A DNA stretch of 64,000 nucleotides, taken from Alphaproteobacteria bacterium (GTDB taxonomy: Bacteria > Pseudomonadota > Alphaproteobacteria > Bin95). The number at the start of each line of letters is the position of its first letter. The first letter of the stretch is position 1. Of this stretch, positions 35,903 to 46,254 are shown one piece after another. Made by a program: the position numbers and the translations under genes. The notes beneath the pieces were generated by a model. The model was not told where the DNA came from. It searched no databases and worked only from the letters and a program-made list of their open reading frames with translations. The DNA lies in contig CAXXWS020000004.1 in the NCBI GenBank assembly GCA_963665325.3, positions 1 to 64,000 of the forward strand, in the 5' to 3' direction.

Positions 35903-38900
35903 TCACCAACGCGCGGTAATCTCGACCCCGACCGTGTGTTCCGGCGCCTGCGCGTCGCTCTCCCTGCGGGTTGCCCTGAGGCCGAAGGAGAAGTCGGGCG
36001 CGTTGGCTTCCGGCGTCAGCCGCCAGCCGACGCTGTAGTCGCGCGCGCCCGTCGCAAGCCCCAGGCCCACATGCGGGCTGCCGGTCCAGCGCCCGCCGAA
36101 GGCCGGGAAGCCGTACGCGGCTTCGGCCGCCCAGCGGCTCGCCGCCACGCCGCCCGTGCGATCCTCCAGCGTCGCCGGCTGGAACAGCGCGTCCAGCCCG
36201 CCGCTGGCCTGACCGCCGAACTCCTGGCGCAGGCTCAGCGACGGACCCCGCTGCGTCCCCGGAGCGGGATCGAAGGCGAGCGAGGCCGCATAGCCCCGGT
36301 CCTTCAGGTCGTCGTTCTCGTGCGCCAGCAGCGTGCGGCCCGAGACGTCGAGCGAGAGACCGAGCGCCGGGTCGCTCCACGCGATCCCGCCGCCGAGCTC
36401 GACCCCGAAGCCGGTCTCGGCATCGCCGCCGTCATGGCGCGCGCCGATCTCCAGCTTCGGCACCAGAGACCCGCCGCCCTCCATCGCGAACCGCCAGCTG
36501 CCCTCCAGCCCGAGCCTGAGCCGGGTCGCGTCGGAGTCCGAGGCCGCGAGGTCGCGGGTCTTCTCAGACGAGGTCCGCGTCCACAGGGCGTCCGAAGTGA
36601 GCGCCAGCGCCGGGCCGCCGCCTTCCGCGGGGGGCGCCAGCAGGTCGCCCCTGAGCCCCGCCGCCGCCATGCTCCAGGCGGTGTCGGAGCTGTAGCTGTC
36701 GCCCAGCGCGGTCTTCAGCGTCACCTCGCCCGTGCCGTAGCCCGCCGCGCCCCAGAGCTTCAGGCGCTCCGAGGCCTGCAACGCCGCATAGGGGATCGCC
36801 GCCGTCAGCGACGCCTCCACCTTGCCGTCGCCCGCGCGCACGGCGCCGCCGCACAGTTCGGCGTCCACGCCGTCGGGACAGGTCTGGCCGTCGGGACGGG
36901 GACTGACCCCGGTGTCGCGGTAGTCGCCCTCGCCCGCGCTCTGCGCGAGCGCCAGGCCGACCAGCCACTTGCCGCGCGCATAGTCCGCGCCGAGCATGCC
37001 CGTGGTGACCGTGCCGTCGAGCGAGAACGTCCCCTCGCGGCCGTCGAAGCTCCCCTGCGACGCCCGGCCCCAGAACGCCAGGCTGCCGCCCGAGCCGTCC
37101 GCCGCGCCGGTCAGCGAGAAACTCGATCCGAGCAGCGCGTCGCGCGCCGTCATCGACCGCGATTGCGCCAGGGACGCGCCGGCACGGGCGTCGCCGAACC
37201 GGTCGCCCGCGCCGCCCGGCGATACCGCGGCGGGCGCATCCGCACCGAAGCCGCGCGCGATGTCGGCCATGGCCAGCGCCGTATCGCGGTCCGCCGGCGT
37301 TGCGCCGGGCGTTGCGCCCGCTGCCGGCCGGCCGGCGGCGGGGTCGAAGTTGAGCGCCTGCCCGGCAACCGTGCCCTGCATGCCGGGCGTGCGCGGGGCC
37401 GCCATGCGCCCCGCGATGCCGTCCAGCGCCTGCTCCGCCACCGTGCGCCCGAAGCGCGCCAGGAACGCCGCCGGCAGCGGGTCGTCGTTCACGATCGTCC
37501 CCACCGCCACGCCGTCCGCGATCGGCACCACCGTCGCCTCCGTCAGCACGAACTCGAACGTCTCCGGGTCCTCGTCATGGCTGTCGTCGTAGACCCAGAC
37601 CCACACCCGCTTCTCGGTCTCGCCCGGCTGGAAGTAGAGATGCCAGCCGGCGGCAAGGTAGTCCCGGCCCTGCCGCGCCGACACCGGGCTCGACTCCCGG
37701 GTCCGGTACGACACCCGCACCGCCCGCTCCGACGGCGCGCTCAGCCGGAGCGTGAACCACATCAGCCCCGCGCCTTCCTTCACCGTCGCGTCGTCCACCG
37801 AGAGCGACGCCCCGGTGGCCGCCGCGTCGTTGTCGGCCACCGCGACCGAGGCCGTATCCCCCGGAGACGCCGCCACCGTGTAGCCCGCGCCGGCATCCAC
37901 CGCCGCGCTCACCGAGCCGTCGGGCTCGTCCGCCGCGTCGTCGTCCGTCGCCACGGTGAGCGCAACCCCGGTCGTGCCGGCCGGGATGGTCACCGTGCGA
38001 CCGCCCTCGTCGCCCGCGGCCACGAAGTCGCTGCCCGCTTCCTCCGAGACCGTGAGCCGCACCGCAAGCGCCGCATCCGGCGCCCGGTCCGCCGTCACCG
38101 TGAACACCGCGCCCGCCCCCTCGGTAATGGAGCCGGCCTTCGCCGTCACCGAGACCACCGGCGGCGGCAGGTCGTCGTCCGTCACGGCGACGGCGCCCGA
38201 TGCCGGGGAACCGACCGTGTAGCCGTCGCCGCCGTTCAGGGTCACGCTCACCGAGCCGTCCGGCTCGTCCGTACCGTCATCGACCGTCGCCAGGGTCAGC
38301 ACGAGGCTGCCGCTCGTCGGAACGGTCACCGTCCGCGCGCCGGCGGCAATGCCGAAGTCGCCCTCGGCGCCAACCGTCACCTCGACCGCCAGCGGCGATG
38401 CCGGGGCCGGCGCCGCCGTGAGCGTGAACACCGCGCCGCCGCCTTCGGAGACCGCCTCCCCGGCCGCGACGCTCACCGCCGGCGGGATTACGGGCTGCGG
38501 CTCCGGCTCGGGCGCCGCTTCCAGCGCCGCGATCGCCACGACCACCGGGTCCCAGCGTGTCCAGCCCCGGTCGGCATAGGTCCGCGCCTCCGCCGCCGTC
38601 ATCGGCGCACGGCCGTTGTCTTCGCCGAAAGCCGCGAGCACGCGCATCCAGCGTTCCACATGCGCCGCGCCGTTATGGGTCTCCGCCGCGTAGCTCCTGA
38701 CCAGCGCAACCAGCGCCGGGTCCACCGCCGGTGCGGCCTGCTGCGTCGCGGCCTGCTGCGGCGCGGGGTCGCTCCCCGCCGCCCCGATCGCCCCGATCGC
38801 CTCCGCGATCCGGGGCCAGAGCGGGCTGCTGTAGCGACGGGCATTCGCCTCGGCTTGCGCCGCCGTCATCGCCGTCACGCCCGGATACGCCTCCACCCCG

Positions 38901-41900
38901 AACGCCACCAGCACCCGCCGCCAGCGCAGGACATGCGCCGCGCCGTTATGGGTCTGCCCCGCAAGTATTCTGACCTGCGCCACCAGCGACGGGTCCAGCG
39001 CCGGCGCGTCGTCGTCGAGCAGGGCCACGGTGACCGTCGACGGCGTGCCCGCCGTGTAGCCGTCGCCCGGCTTGATCCGGGCCACCACCGTGCCGTCGGC
39101 GCGCTGCTTGTCGTCCGACCAGGTCGTGACCGTCCAGGCCGCCGAGGTCGCGCCCGCCGGGATCGTCACCGTGCGGGCCCGTTCGAGCCCGATATAGTCC
39201 AGGCCCGCGCCCATCTCCTCCGACGCGCCCAGGTGCACCGGGAGGTCGTAGCCCGGCGCCGGGGCGGCCGTGACCGTGAAGGTCACCTCGCCGCCCTCCG
39301 TCACCGAAGCCGCATCGGCGCCGAGCGTCAGCGTCGAGGGCGTGGCCAGCATCTGCGCCCGCGTGTTGTCGTCTATGTTCGTGACCGGGTCCGCGTCCTG
39401 GACCGTGAGCGTCAGCTTGCCCGTGCTGGTCGCATAGTCCCTGCCGCCCAGCAGGATGACCTCCACCTTGCTGTCGCCATCGAGGTCGGGGCTCGCCACG
39501 GTCGGTATGTGAATGACCGTAGCGGAATGCCCGGCCCCGATCTCGATGCTCCGGGGGTTGGGGTCCCGATCCCGCTTCGGATCCGTGAGGCTCGGCCCCC
39601 GGACCACACGCTCGCCGTGGTAGTCGGCGAGGTAGTAGTTCACGATGACCGGAGTGGCCAGCCTGAACCAGGGATCCATCTTCACCCGGAGGTTGAACGC
39701 ACCCCCCTCCGTGACGGTATGCGGGGTCGGGGAAACCACGTTGCCGGGATTGGTGCCGACAACCGCTTCGAGGCTGACGAACGGCAGGGGCGACCTGTCG
39801 TCGAGCGCGATGACGGCCGTCCTGGTCCTGCTGGTGTCGGTCGAATCCTCGAACGTCACCGTGAGGCTTTCGTTCTCGGCCACGCCGTCGGCCACCACGG
39901 TCAGCGTCAGCCTGTACGCGACGCCGTCCCAATGCCCCCGGGTGCGGGTGCCGTCGGCCAGGCCGACGCAGACATCGAGGTTGTTACCAGAGTTGGACAG
40001 CCCGTCAGTCACATGGTCGCACCTGAGCGACGTCGTGGCGCCGGCAAGGGACCTTATCCGGGGCGCGCCCCAGCTGGACGGAAAACCGGTGACGGTGACA
40101 AAGCTGACACCCCCCTCGCGTACCGTGGACGGCCTGGCGGCGAGCGAAGCCGCGACGCCGTCGTTCACGACCACGGTGAAAGCGTTGGCCGTGCCATGCG
40201 GGTCCGCGCCGCCGCCCACATCGGTGCCGAGCGCGGCGGCGTCGAAGGCGGTGTTCGAGCCGAGCGCGATGGTGAAGGTCTCCGCGCCCTCCGTCGTGCC
40301 TTCATTCGCCGGCGTCAGCTCCAGCGTCGCCGTCCGCGCGCCCGCACCGGAAAAGCGCACCTTCGGGGCCGCCGTGCCGACATCGCGCAGGCCGACGCCC
40401 GTGTTGGCCGCACCGGACTTCGCCGCCAGGCTCCAGTCGCCGGTGGTCACCCCTGTGCCGGAGATCGACAGCGGCACGTCGATCGTCTCGCCCACCACCA
40501 GCGCGCGGCCCAGCGTCACCGTGAACTCGACCTGGCCGCCCTCGGTCACCGCGCCGCTGCCCACGCGGGCAAGGCTTGCGACCGTCGGGTCGTCGTCGCG
40601 GATGGTGACCGTGTCGCTCACGTTGATCGGGGCGACCCCGGCAGGACGTGCAGTGTTCGGGTCGTCGGTGACAGTTATCGTCACCACTTCGTCCGGCTCG
40701 TCGGTGGAGTCGGGTGTCCCCCATACGGTGAATGAGAAGGCAGAAAAGCCACTAGATATGTCGCTGTCTAAACAGCCGTTCGTCAAAGTGATTGGGACGA
40801 CGCCGCTCCTGACGCTGAAACTCGGACTGGTGAAGGAACTGGAAAAGCAGGCCCGGAATGGAACATGGGACGTCTGAATCGCGGACAATGTCACAGCCTC
40901 TATAACAACGTTAGTGCCCTGCTCATCGGCATAGCCGCCCGGCAGCGGGCTTCCCCCGGAAACGATCGACACCGTTGCGTCCGGCGGCGCCGCCACCGTG
41001 AATACCGGGGAGAGGCCGAACAAATGTCGGGTAAAAGAGGGGGGGGTAGTGCCAGCAGATATCGGATCAGCACCACTCTGAACGACGCCATTTCTAATCG
41101 CGGCGCTGTGGCCGAAATGCGCGTTATGCTTGGTGCCGTCGGTGTTGCTGCCCGTAAACACAGAAACGTTGCCCGAAAGGCCACCTCCGCTCTCGAGCTT
41201 CACGCTGTAACTGTCCCAGGTTCCGTCGTAGAAGTCGGCGTAGTTGTCGGCGAGCTTGCTGCCGGTCAGCCAGTAGATGGGGACGCCCGTGCCGGTGGTC
41301 CCGGTGTTGTCGCGGGCATCGACGGCGGAGGTCGAGCCGACGACGGTGAAGCGGTTGCCGCAGCTGTCGGTGATCGCGCTGTGGCCGGCCTTGGCGCGGG
41401 TCTGCACGTACGTGTTGTAGGTGGCGATGTCGGTCGCCGAGCCGTCGCGTTGGGTGGAGGTCACGAACAGCAACCGGAACTGGGCCCCGGCGGCGAGCCC
41501 CGAGGGCTTCAGCGCCCAGTCGTTCGGCACCGGGTACGAGCCGTCGGTATTGGCCGTCGTGCATTCGACCGCCGTTTGCGCGGCGGCCCCGGTCGGAAGG
41601 CCCGCCAGGAGCGGCAGGGCGAGCAGAGCGGCGGCAAGGGCGGGACGCAGGCCGCGCCGCAGGCGAAGGGCCGCAGAAGATCCGAAACTACCGGAGGAAG
41701 AAGCGGGCCGGCGGGACGAACCACCCCCGCCGGCGGAACGAGAAGACTCAGGCGGGGAGGACGGACGACCCGGCCGGCGCAGCCATGCGGGCGCCTTCAT
41801 GGCCGGCATGCGGACGCAGCAAGCGCGACCCGGCGACCCGGCGACCCGGCGACCCGGCGACCCGGCGACCCGGCGACCCGGCGACCCGGCGACCCGGCGA

Positions 41901-42220
41901 CCCGGCGACCCGGCGACCCGGCGACCCGGCGACCCGGCGACCCGGCGACCCGGCGACCCGGCGACCCGGCGACCCGGCGACCCGGCGACCCGGCGACCCG
42001 GCGACCCGGCGACCCGGCGACCCGCGACCCGGCGACCCGGCGACCCGGCGACCCGGCGACCCGGCGACCCGGCGACCCGGCGACCCGGCGATCCGGCGAT
42101 TATAGCGGGAATCTCAGGGATAAGCAGGAACGGATTTGTCAACCCCGAAACGCGGATGACGCGGATGGTGTCGACGGGCGCCATCAGCGCCGCCCGGATC
42201 CTGCCCGTAAATCCCGTCAT
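35903..42220 (-). CDS. Giant surface adhesin/autotransporter-like protein (lectin-like domain, Calx-beta repeats, C-terminal beta-barrel)
   Basis: Signal peptide ALAAALLALPLLAGLPTGAAAQ; repeated EG...F.V...DD..DE.DG motifs; C-terminal beta-strands ending GVEITARW. ATG 42220 has a GGAG RBS; alternative start ~41810. Confidence 0.85.
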   Translation of the reverse strand: MTGFTGRIRAALMAPVDTIRVIRVSGLTNPFLLIPEIPAIIAGSPGRRVAGSPGRRVAGSPGRRVAGRRVAGSPGRRVAGSPGRRVAGSPGRRVAGSPGRRVAGSPGRRVAGSPGRRVAGSPGRRVAGSPGRACCVRMPAMKAPAWLRRPGRPSSPPESSRSAGGGGSSRRPASSSGSFGSSAALRLRRGLRPALAAALLALPLLAGLPTGAAAQTAVECTTANTDGSYPVPNDWALKPSGLAAGAQFRLLFVTSTQRDGSATDIATYNTYVQTRAKAGHSAITDSCGNRFTVVGSTSAVDARDNTGTTGTGVPIYWLTGSKLADNYADFYDGTWDSYSVKLESGGGLSGNVSVFTGSNTDGTKHNAHFGHSAAIRNGVVQSGADPISAGTTPPSFTRHLFGLSPVFTVAAPPDATVSIVSGGSPLPGGYADEQGTNVVIEAVTLSAIQTSHVPFRACFSSSFTSPSFSVRSGVVPITLTNGCLDSDISSGFSAFSFTVWGTPDSTDEPDEVVTITVTDDPNTARPAGVAPINVSDTVTIRDDDPTVASLARVGSGAVTEGGQVEFTVTLGRALVVGETIDVPLSISGTGVTTGDWSLAAKSGAANTGVGLRDVGTAAPKVRFSGAGARTATLELTPANEGTTEGAETFTIALGSNTAFDAAALGTDVGGGADPHGTANAFTVVVNDGVAASLAARPSTVREGGVSFVTVTGFPSSWGAPRIRSLAGATTSLRCDHVTDGLSNSGNNLDVCVGLADGTRTRGHWDGVAYRLTLTVVADGVAENESLTVTFEDSTDTSRTRTAVIALDDRSPLPFVSLEAVVGTNPGNVVSPTPHTVTEGGAFNLRVKMDPWFRLATPVIVNYYLADYHGERVVRGPSLTDPKRDRDPNPRSIEIGAGHSATVIHIPTVASPDLDGDSKVEVILLGGRDYATSTGKLTLTVQDADPVTNIDDNTRAQMLATPSTLTLGADAASVTEGGEVTFTVTAAPAPGYDLPVHLGASEEMGAGLDYIGLERARTVTIPAGATSAAWTVTTWSDDKQRADGTVVARIKPGDGYTAGTPSTVTVALLDDDAPALDPSLVAQVRILAGQTHNGAAHVLRWRRVLVAFGVEAYPGVTAMTAAQAEANARRYSSPLWPRIAEAIGAIGAAGSDPAPQQAATQQAAPAVDPALVALVRSYAAETHNGAAHVERWMRVLAAFGEDNGRAPMTAAEARTYADRGWTRWDPVVVAIAALEAAPEPEPQPVIPPAVSVAAGEAVSEGGGAVFTLTAAPAPASPLAVEVTVGAEGDFGIAAGARTVTVPTSGSLVLTLATVDDGTDEPDGSVSVTLNGGDGYTVGSPASGAVAVTDDDLPPPVVSVTAKAGSITEGAGAVFTVTADRAPDAALAVRLTVSEEAGSDFVAAGDEGGRTVTIPAGTTGVALTVATDDDAADEPDGSVSAAVDAGAGYTVAASPGDTASVAVADNDAAATGASLSVDDATVKEGAGLMWFTLRLSAPSERAVRVSYRTRESSPVSARQGRDYLAAGWHLYFQPGETEKRVWVWVYDDSHDEDPETFEFVLTEATVVPIADGVAVGTIVNDDPLPAAFLARFGRTVAEQALDGIAGRMAAPRTPGMQGTVAGQALNFDPAAGRPAAGATPGATPADRDTALAMADIARGFGADAPAAVSPGGAGDRFGDARAGASLAQSRSMTARDALLGSSFSLTGAADGSGGSLAFWGRASQGSFDGREGTFSLDGTVTTGMLGADYARGKWLVGLALAQSAGEGDYRDTGVSPRPDGQTCPDGVDAELCGGAVRAGDGKVEASLTAAIPYAALQASERLKLWGAAGYGTGEVTLKTALGDSYSSDTAWSMAAAGLRGDLLAPPAEGGGPALALTSDALWTRTSSEKTRDLAASDSDATRLRLGLEGSWRFAMEGGGSLVPKLEIGARHDGGDAETGFGVELGGGIAWSDPALGLSLDVSGRTLLAHENDDLKDRGYAASLAFDPAPGTQRGPSLSLRQEFGGQASGGLDALFQPATLEDRTGGVAASRWAAEAAYGFPAFGGRWTGSPHVGLGLATGARDYSVGWRLTPEANAPDFSFGLRATRRESDAQAPEHTVGVEITARW
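41825..42100. repeat. Simple sequence repeat, ~34 x 8-bp unit GCGACCCG
   Basis: 25 perfect units, one 7-nt unit (42025-42031), 7 perfect units and one GCGATCCG variant. Confidence 0.97.
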
Positions 42221-42530
42221 GACCTGCTCCAATCCCTTGACCGCGATGCACACGCCGCCGAAGCGTAAAGCCCTCCGGGAAGTGTGCCCGATAACCTCCC
42301 GTGACCCATAACAAAATTACCGCCGCAGGGAAAGGGCGATTCGATTCGGCCGCCACGCAGTACTTCGCCGGCGGATCCGCGGAACCGATGCGGCGGGGCA
42401 TGGGGTATGGGCCGCCGCATCTTGCATGAGGAGACGCGGCGATGGCGGTTTCGATCCGAACCGTGGTGGAGCGGCATGCAACCCGGCGCGTGGCGTCGTC
42501 GCCTGCGTGGCGAGCGCGCACACGCTCAAC

Positions 42531-43487
42531 TCACTGGCGGTCCGACCTGGAAGCGCCGAACGACCCGACGAGCGGCCCCGACCTGAACACGCCGCCGGCC
42601 TCCTCGTGGTAACCGCCGTAGAACGTCCCCGCGACATGCTCGCCGTCCCAGTGCGCGCCCTTCGAGAACGCCCCGTCCTTCACCGCGATGCCGGTCCACG
42701 CCATCCTGTGGCCCGCGCCGGCGCCGGTCCTCAGATTGACGAAATTGTCGAGCGTGACATCGACCGAGGAGGCGCCGAAGTCGTAGACGATCCCGGCATC
42801 CCCCTGCAGCATGTCGGGAGCGGGGAACAGCCGGTTCAGGTCCGTGCCCACCGCGACGCCGGTCCACGACGCCGATCCCGATACCGGATTCGTGCCCGAA
42901 GCCCGGCCGATCGAATAGGGCGCCGCCTCAACCAAGTCGGGCGCGCGCTTGTCGGGATGGAAGCCGATCTGCACGAGGAAGGTGTTGTAATGCATCCAGG
43001 CCCCGTAGCCGGTGAAGAGCTGGGGCCTGTCGGGATTGGATGTCGCATCGTAGAAGATCTGGCCGAGCCGGATGCCCCTGCGTTCCATGACCGGCTGGTA
43101 TTCATCATCGAAAGAGAAACCGTCCAGGTTCCCTTCCCCGCTCGTGCCGTACCTGCAGGCGCGTCCCGTGCACGCCGCCCCATAGACGTGGCCGGGAAAC
43201 TCTCCGGGGGAGCGATAGAGGCCGCCGAGTATCCAGGTGTCGGCGCTGGCGACGATCTTCTCGTTGAGCGCTGAAAGTTCGTCCGAGGTCATGTCGTACG
43301 CCGTGCTTCCGGCAACATTCCCCGACGCGGTCCCGGCGTCCAGCAGCCAGTCCGGCGGGCCTGATTCCGTGCTCTCAGCGCTGGAACCGGCGGCCGTCTC
43401 CGCCATGTTCTCCGGACTCCCGGCGCACCCGGAAAGGGCCAGGGCGACGACCATCGCGAACGACACGATCATGGTGTGCATGCTCAT
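42531..43487 (-). CDS. Surface lipoprotein with TbpB-like C-terminal beta-barrel
   Basis: Lipobox LSGC; GSASWTGVAVG and VAGTFYGGYHEEAGGVF..GSFGASR. Confidence 0.75.
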   Translation of the reverse strand: MSMHTMIVSFAMVVALALSGCAGSPENMAETAAGSSAESTESGPPDWLLDAGTASGNVAGSTAYDMTSDELSALNEKIVASADTWILGGLYRSPGEFPGHVYGAACTGRACRYGTSGEGNLDGFSFDDEYQPVMERRGIRLGQIFYDATSNPDRPQLFTGYGAWMHYNTFLVQIGFHPDKRAPDLVEAAPYSIGRASGTNPVSGSASWTGVAVGTDLNRLFPAPDMLQGDAGIVYDFGASSVDVTLDNFVNLRTGAGAGHRMAWTGIAVKDGAFSKGAHWDGEHVAGTFYGGYHEEAGGVFRSGPLVGSFGASRSDRQ

Positions 43488-43979
43488 TACCCCGCGTGTC
43501 TGGACGAACCCGAACAGTGCCCCGCCCCCGGCCCGGGGTCAACGCGCCACCGCGTCACTGAGAGGGCGCTCTCTCACCCGGAGAGACGGCCGGCGGGCAG
43601 GAGCCCGCCACGAACGCCGCCTGAGCGAGCCCGCCCTCCCCCGGTCCGGTCCGCGGCATTGCGCGCCGCAGCCCCGGCGACGTCACTGTGGCGGATTGAG
43701 TCCCGGGCGAAGACTGCGTGCGCGGGCAACGCCCGGTAGGCCGGGCCGTCTCACACGGCGGCTTCGACGATGGCGCCGGCCTTCTCCGAGATCCCGACAG
43801 GACGGGCACCGGCAAGGTGAACGCACCCGCCGCGGTCCGGGCAGCCTGACAGCCGGCGGCATCCCGCCGAAGGCCCGCAGGATACGCACGGTCTTGTGTC
43901 ATGCGCCCCCGGGGTTCGCGGTGGGAATTGCAGCGCCGAAGACTTGGGACGACCGCACAATGCCGGAGGAACTCCGGCG

Positions 43980-44419
43980 ATGGCAGATTCAATCCGCACG
44001 GCTCCGGAGCGATGGGCGACCCTGCGCGTGGCGCTCGCGGCGCTGGCCGGCGTCGCCGCCTGCGTGGCGGGACTCCTCTGGCGCCAGGACCGGCCGGACA
44101 GCCTGCCCCTTCTCGACAGCCGCACCTCGTACACGCCCGCCGACGCGGCGGCGCCGTTCGAGGCGCTCGACCGGCTCGACGCGAATGCGCGGGCGGTCTA
44201 CGCGGCGACCGGCCTCACGATCGACATGGTATTCCCGGCGGCCTGCGGGCTGCTGTTCGCTAACCTGCCGGTCCGCCTTTTCCGTGGGAGAGGGCGCCGT
44301 TCTTCCTGCTGCCGCTCGCGACAGCAGCTGCGGACGTGCTGGAGAACGCGACCGTCGCCGTGCTGGCGCTGGACTACGCCGGCGTCCGCTGGCTGTGGGT
44401 GCGGGTGCGCCGGCGCTGA
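43980..44419 (+). pseudogene. Frameshifted membrane protein gene
   Basis: MADSIRT...LDSRTSYTP...DMVFP continues in another frame near 44290 as APFFLLPLATAAADVLENATVAVLAL. Confidence 0.55.
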
Positions 44420-44592
44420 CCGGCCGGGGCGGGCCCTCTGGCGGGAACGCAGCCGGACGCGCGGGGAGACCGGCACGGACGGCGATCCGGCAAACGACGG
44501 CCCGGGGCGGCACGACAGTCTGCAACCGCCGCCGGCAACACAGCTGCGGACCGTTCCATGGCCGGATGCCGCCAGGAGCCGCCCGGAACTGA

Positions 44593-45345
<753 letters not shown>

Positions 45346-45554
45346 AAAACAACACAGTCGCTCATCCCCCGGGACCCGAACGGTTACCCTCGGAATCGGT
45401 AATCCAGCGTCAAGGCCCGCCGCCGCCCGACCCCGTTTTGAAAAAAACTGCATTCGATTTGATGACTGATCCCGCAACTCGACCCCCAAGACTTCGACTC
45501 AAGATTTTTTCTTCCATGATTACTGTTAGTTATGAGATTCGAGCATAAAATGCT

Positions 45555-45631
45555 CCGACCTTGATCCGGGCATCCGTTTCCGCCGCCGCGACGACCCCGA
45601 GGGAGATGGCCGGAACGAGTCCGGCCATGAC
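45555..45631. repeat. Degenerate REP-like palindromic element
   Basis: Ends GATGGCCGGAACGAGTCCGGCCATGAC, same family as 46611 and 55966. Confidence 0.65.
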
Positions 45632-45638
45632 GGGAAGT

Positions 45639-45746
45639 GTCATGAAACGTCATGCTCTGTCATGAGGGGGCCGGGCGATGTCATGAAACGTCATGTTTTG
45701 TCATGCGGGGGCCGCGCGATGTCATGATGTGTCAAGTTTCGTCATG
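45639..45746. repeat. 3x3 array of GTCATG with 10-bp spacing and 41-bp period
   Basis: GTCATG at 45639/49/59, 45680/90/700 and 45721/31(GTCAAG)/41. Confidence 0.9.
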
Positions 45747-46108
45747 GTCCGGCGGCTGGCGGCCGGCGCTCCGGGTCTTCCGTCCGGTTTCCTGTTTTCG
45801 CCATGGTCTCTCCTTTCCGTCCGTCTTCGCTCCGTCCTCCCCTCCGCCGCGCTGAACGCGGCGGACATTGCAGATGGCGGCGTTTGCGCCGCCGCCCGGC
45901 CCTGCGCGGCGGGACCCTGTTTCGCGCGTATTACGCGCCTGCCCGCGCGCCCGTCAGCGCGCGTTACGCGCCGGCGCGGTTCGCGCGCCTGATTGCGCGC
46001 GCGGGCCGGACGCAGGGCGCACTTCGCCCGTCGGCTGAATCGGGGCTTTGTTTCCGCGCCGGCGCCGGCGCGGGCGGAAGCGGCCTCCGGATGCCTCTTC
46101 CTATATTT

Positions 46109-46147
46109 GTTCCCTTTTTATTCTAGTGATGCCACGCCGAAATGCAA
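46109..46147 (-). promoter_or_regulatory. Sigma70-like promoter overlapped by an alpha-type LexA-like box
   Basis: Minus strand TTGCAT-16 bp-TAGAAT. Plus strand GTTC-N7-ATTC (46109-46123) versus consensus GTTC-N7-GTTC. Confidence 0.5.
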
Positions 46148-46254
46148 GTCTTTCCAGCGGAATTTTTCGCAATTTCCTGCCAGAAGGTTGATTTTCAAGG
46201 AAACATTACCTCGATACATGGCCGCCGTTCGCCTGCTTTTCGGGGGCCGGCGAA

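Noticed and set aside
41825-42100. Tandem repeat as a CRISPR array or as the PGDPATRR proteins on the + strand
   Set aside because: It is an 8-bp unit with no spacers and no cas genes. The + strand ORFs are just translations of the SSR.
45346-45560. IS110 bridge RNA in the AT-rich region after the transposase
   Set aside because: The element is truncated and appears to end just after the stop codon. I see no supportable bridge-RNA structure.
45639-45746. 41-bp periodic units as a mini-CRISPR
   Set aside because: The intervening sequences are similar to each other and too short to be spacers.
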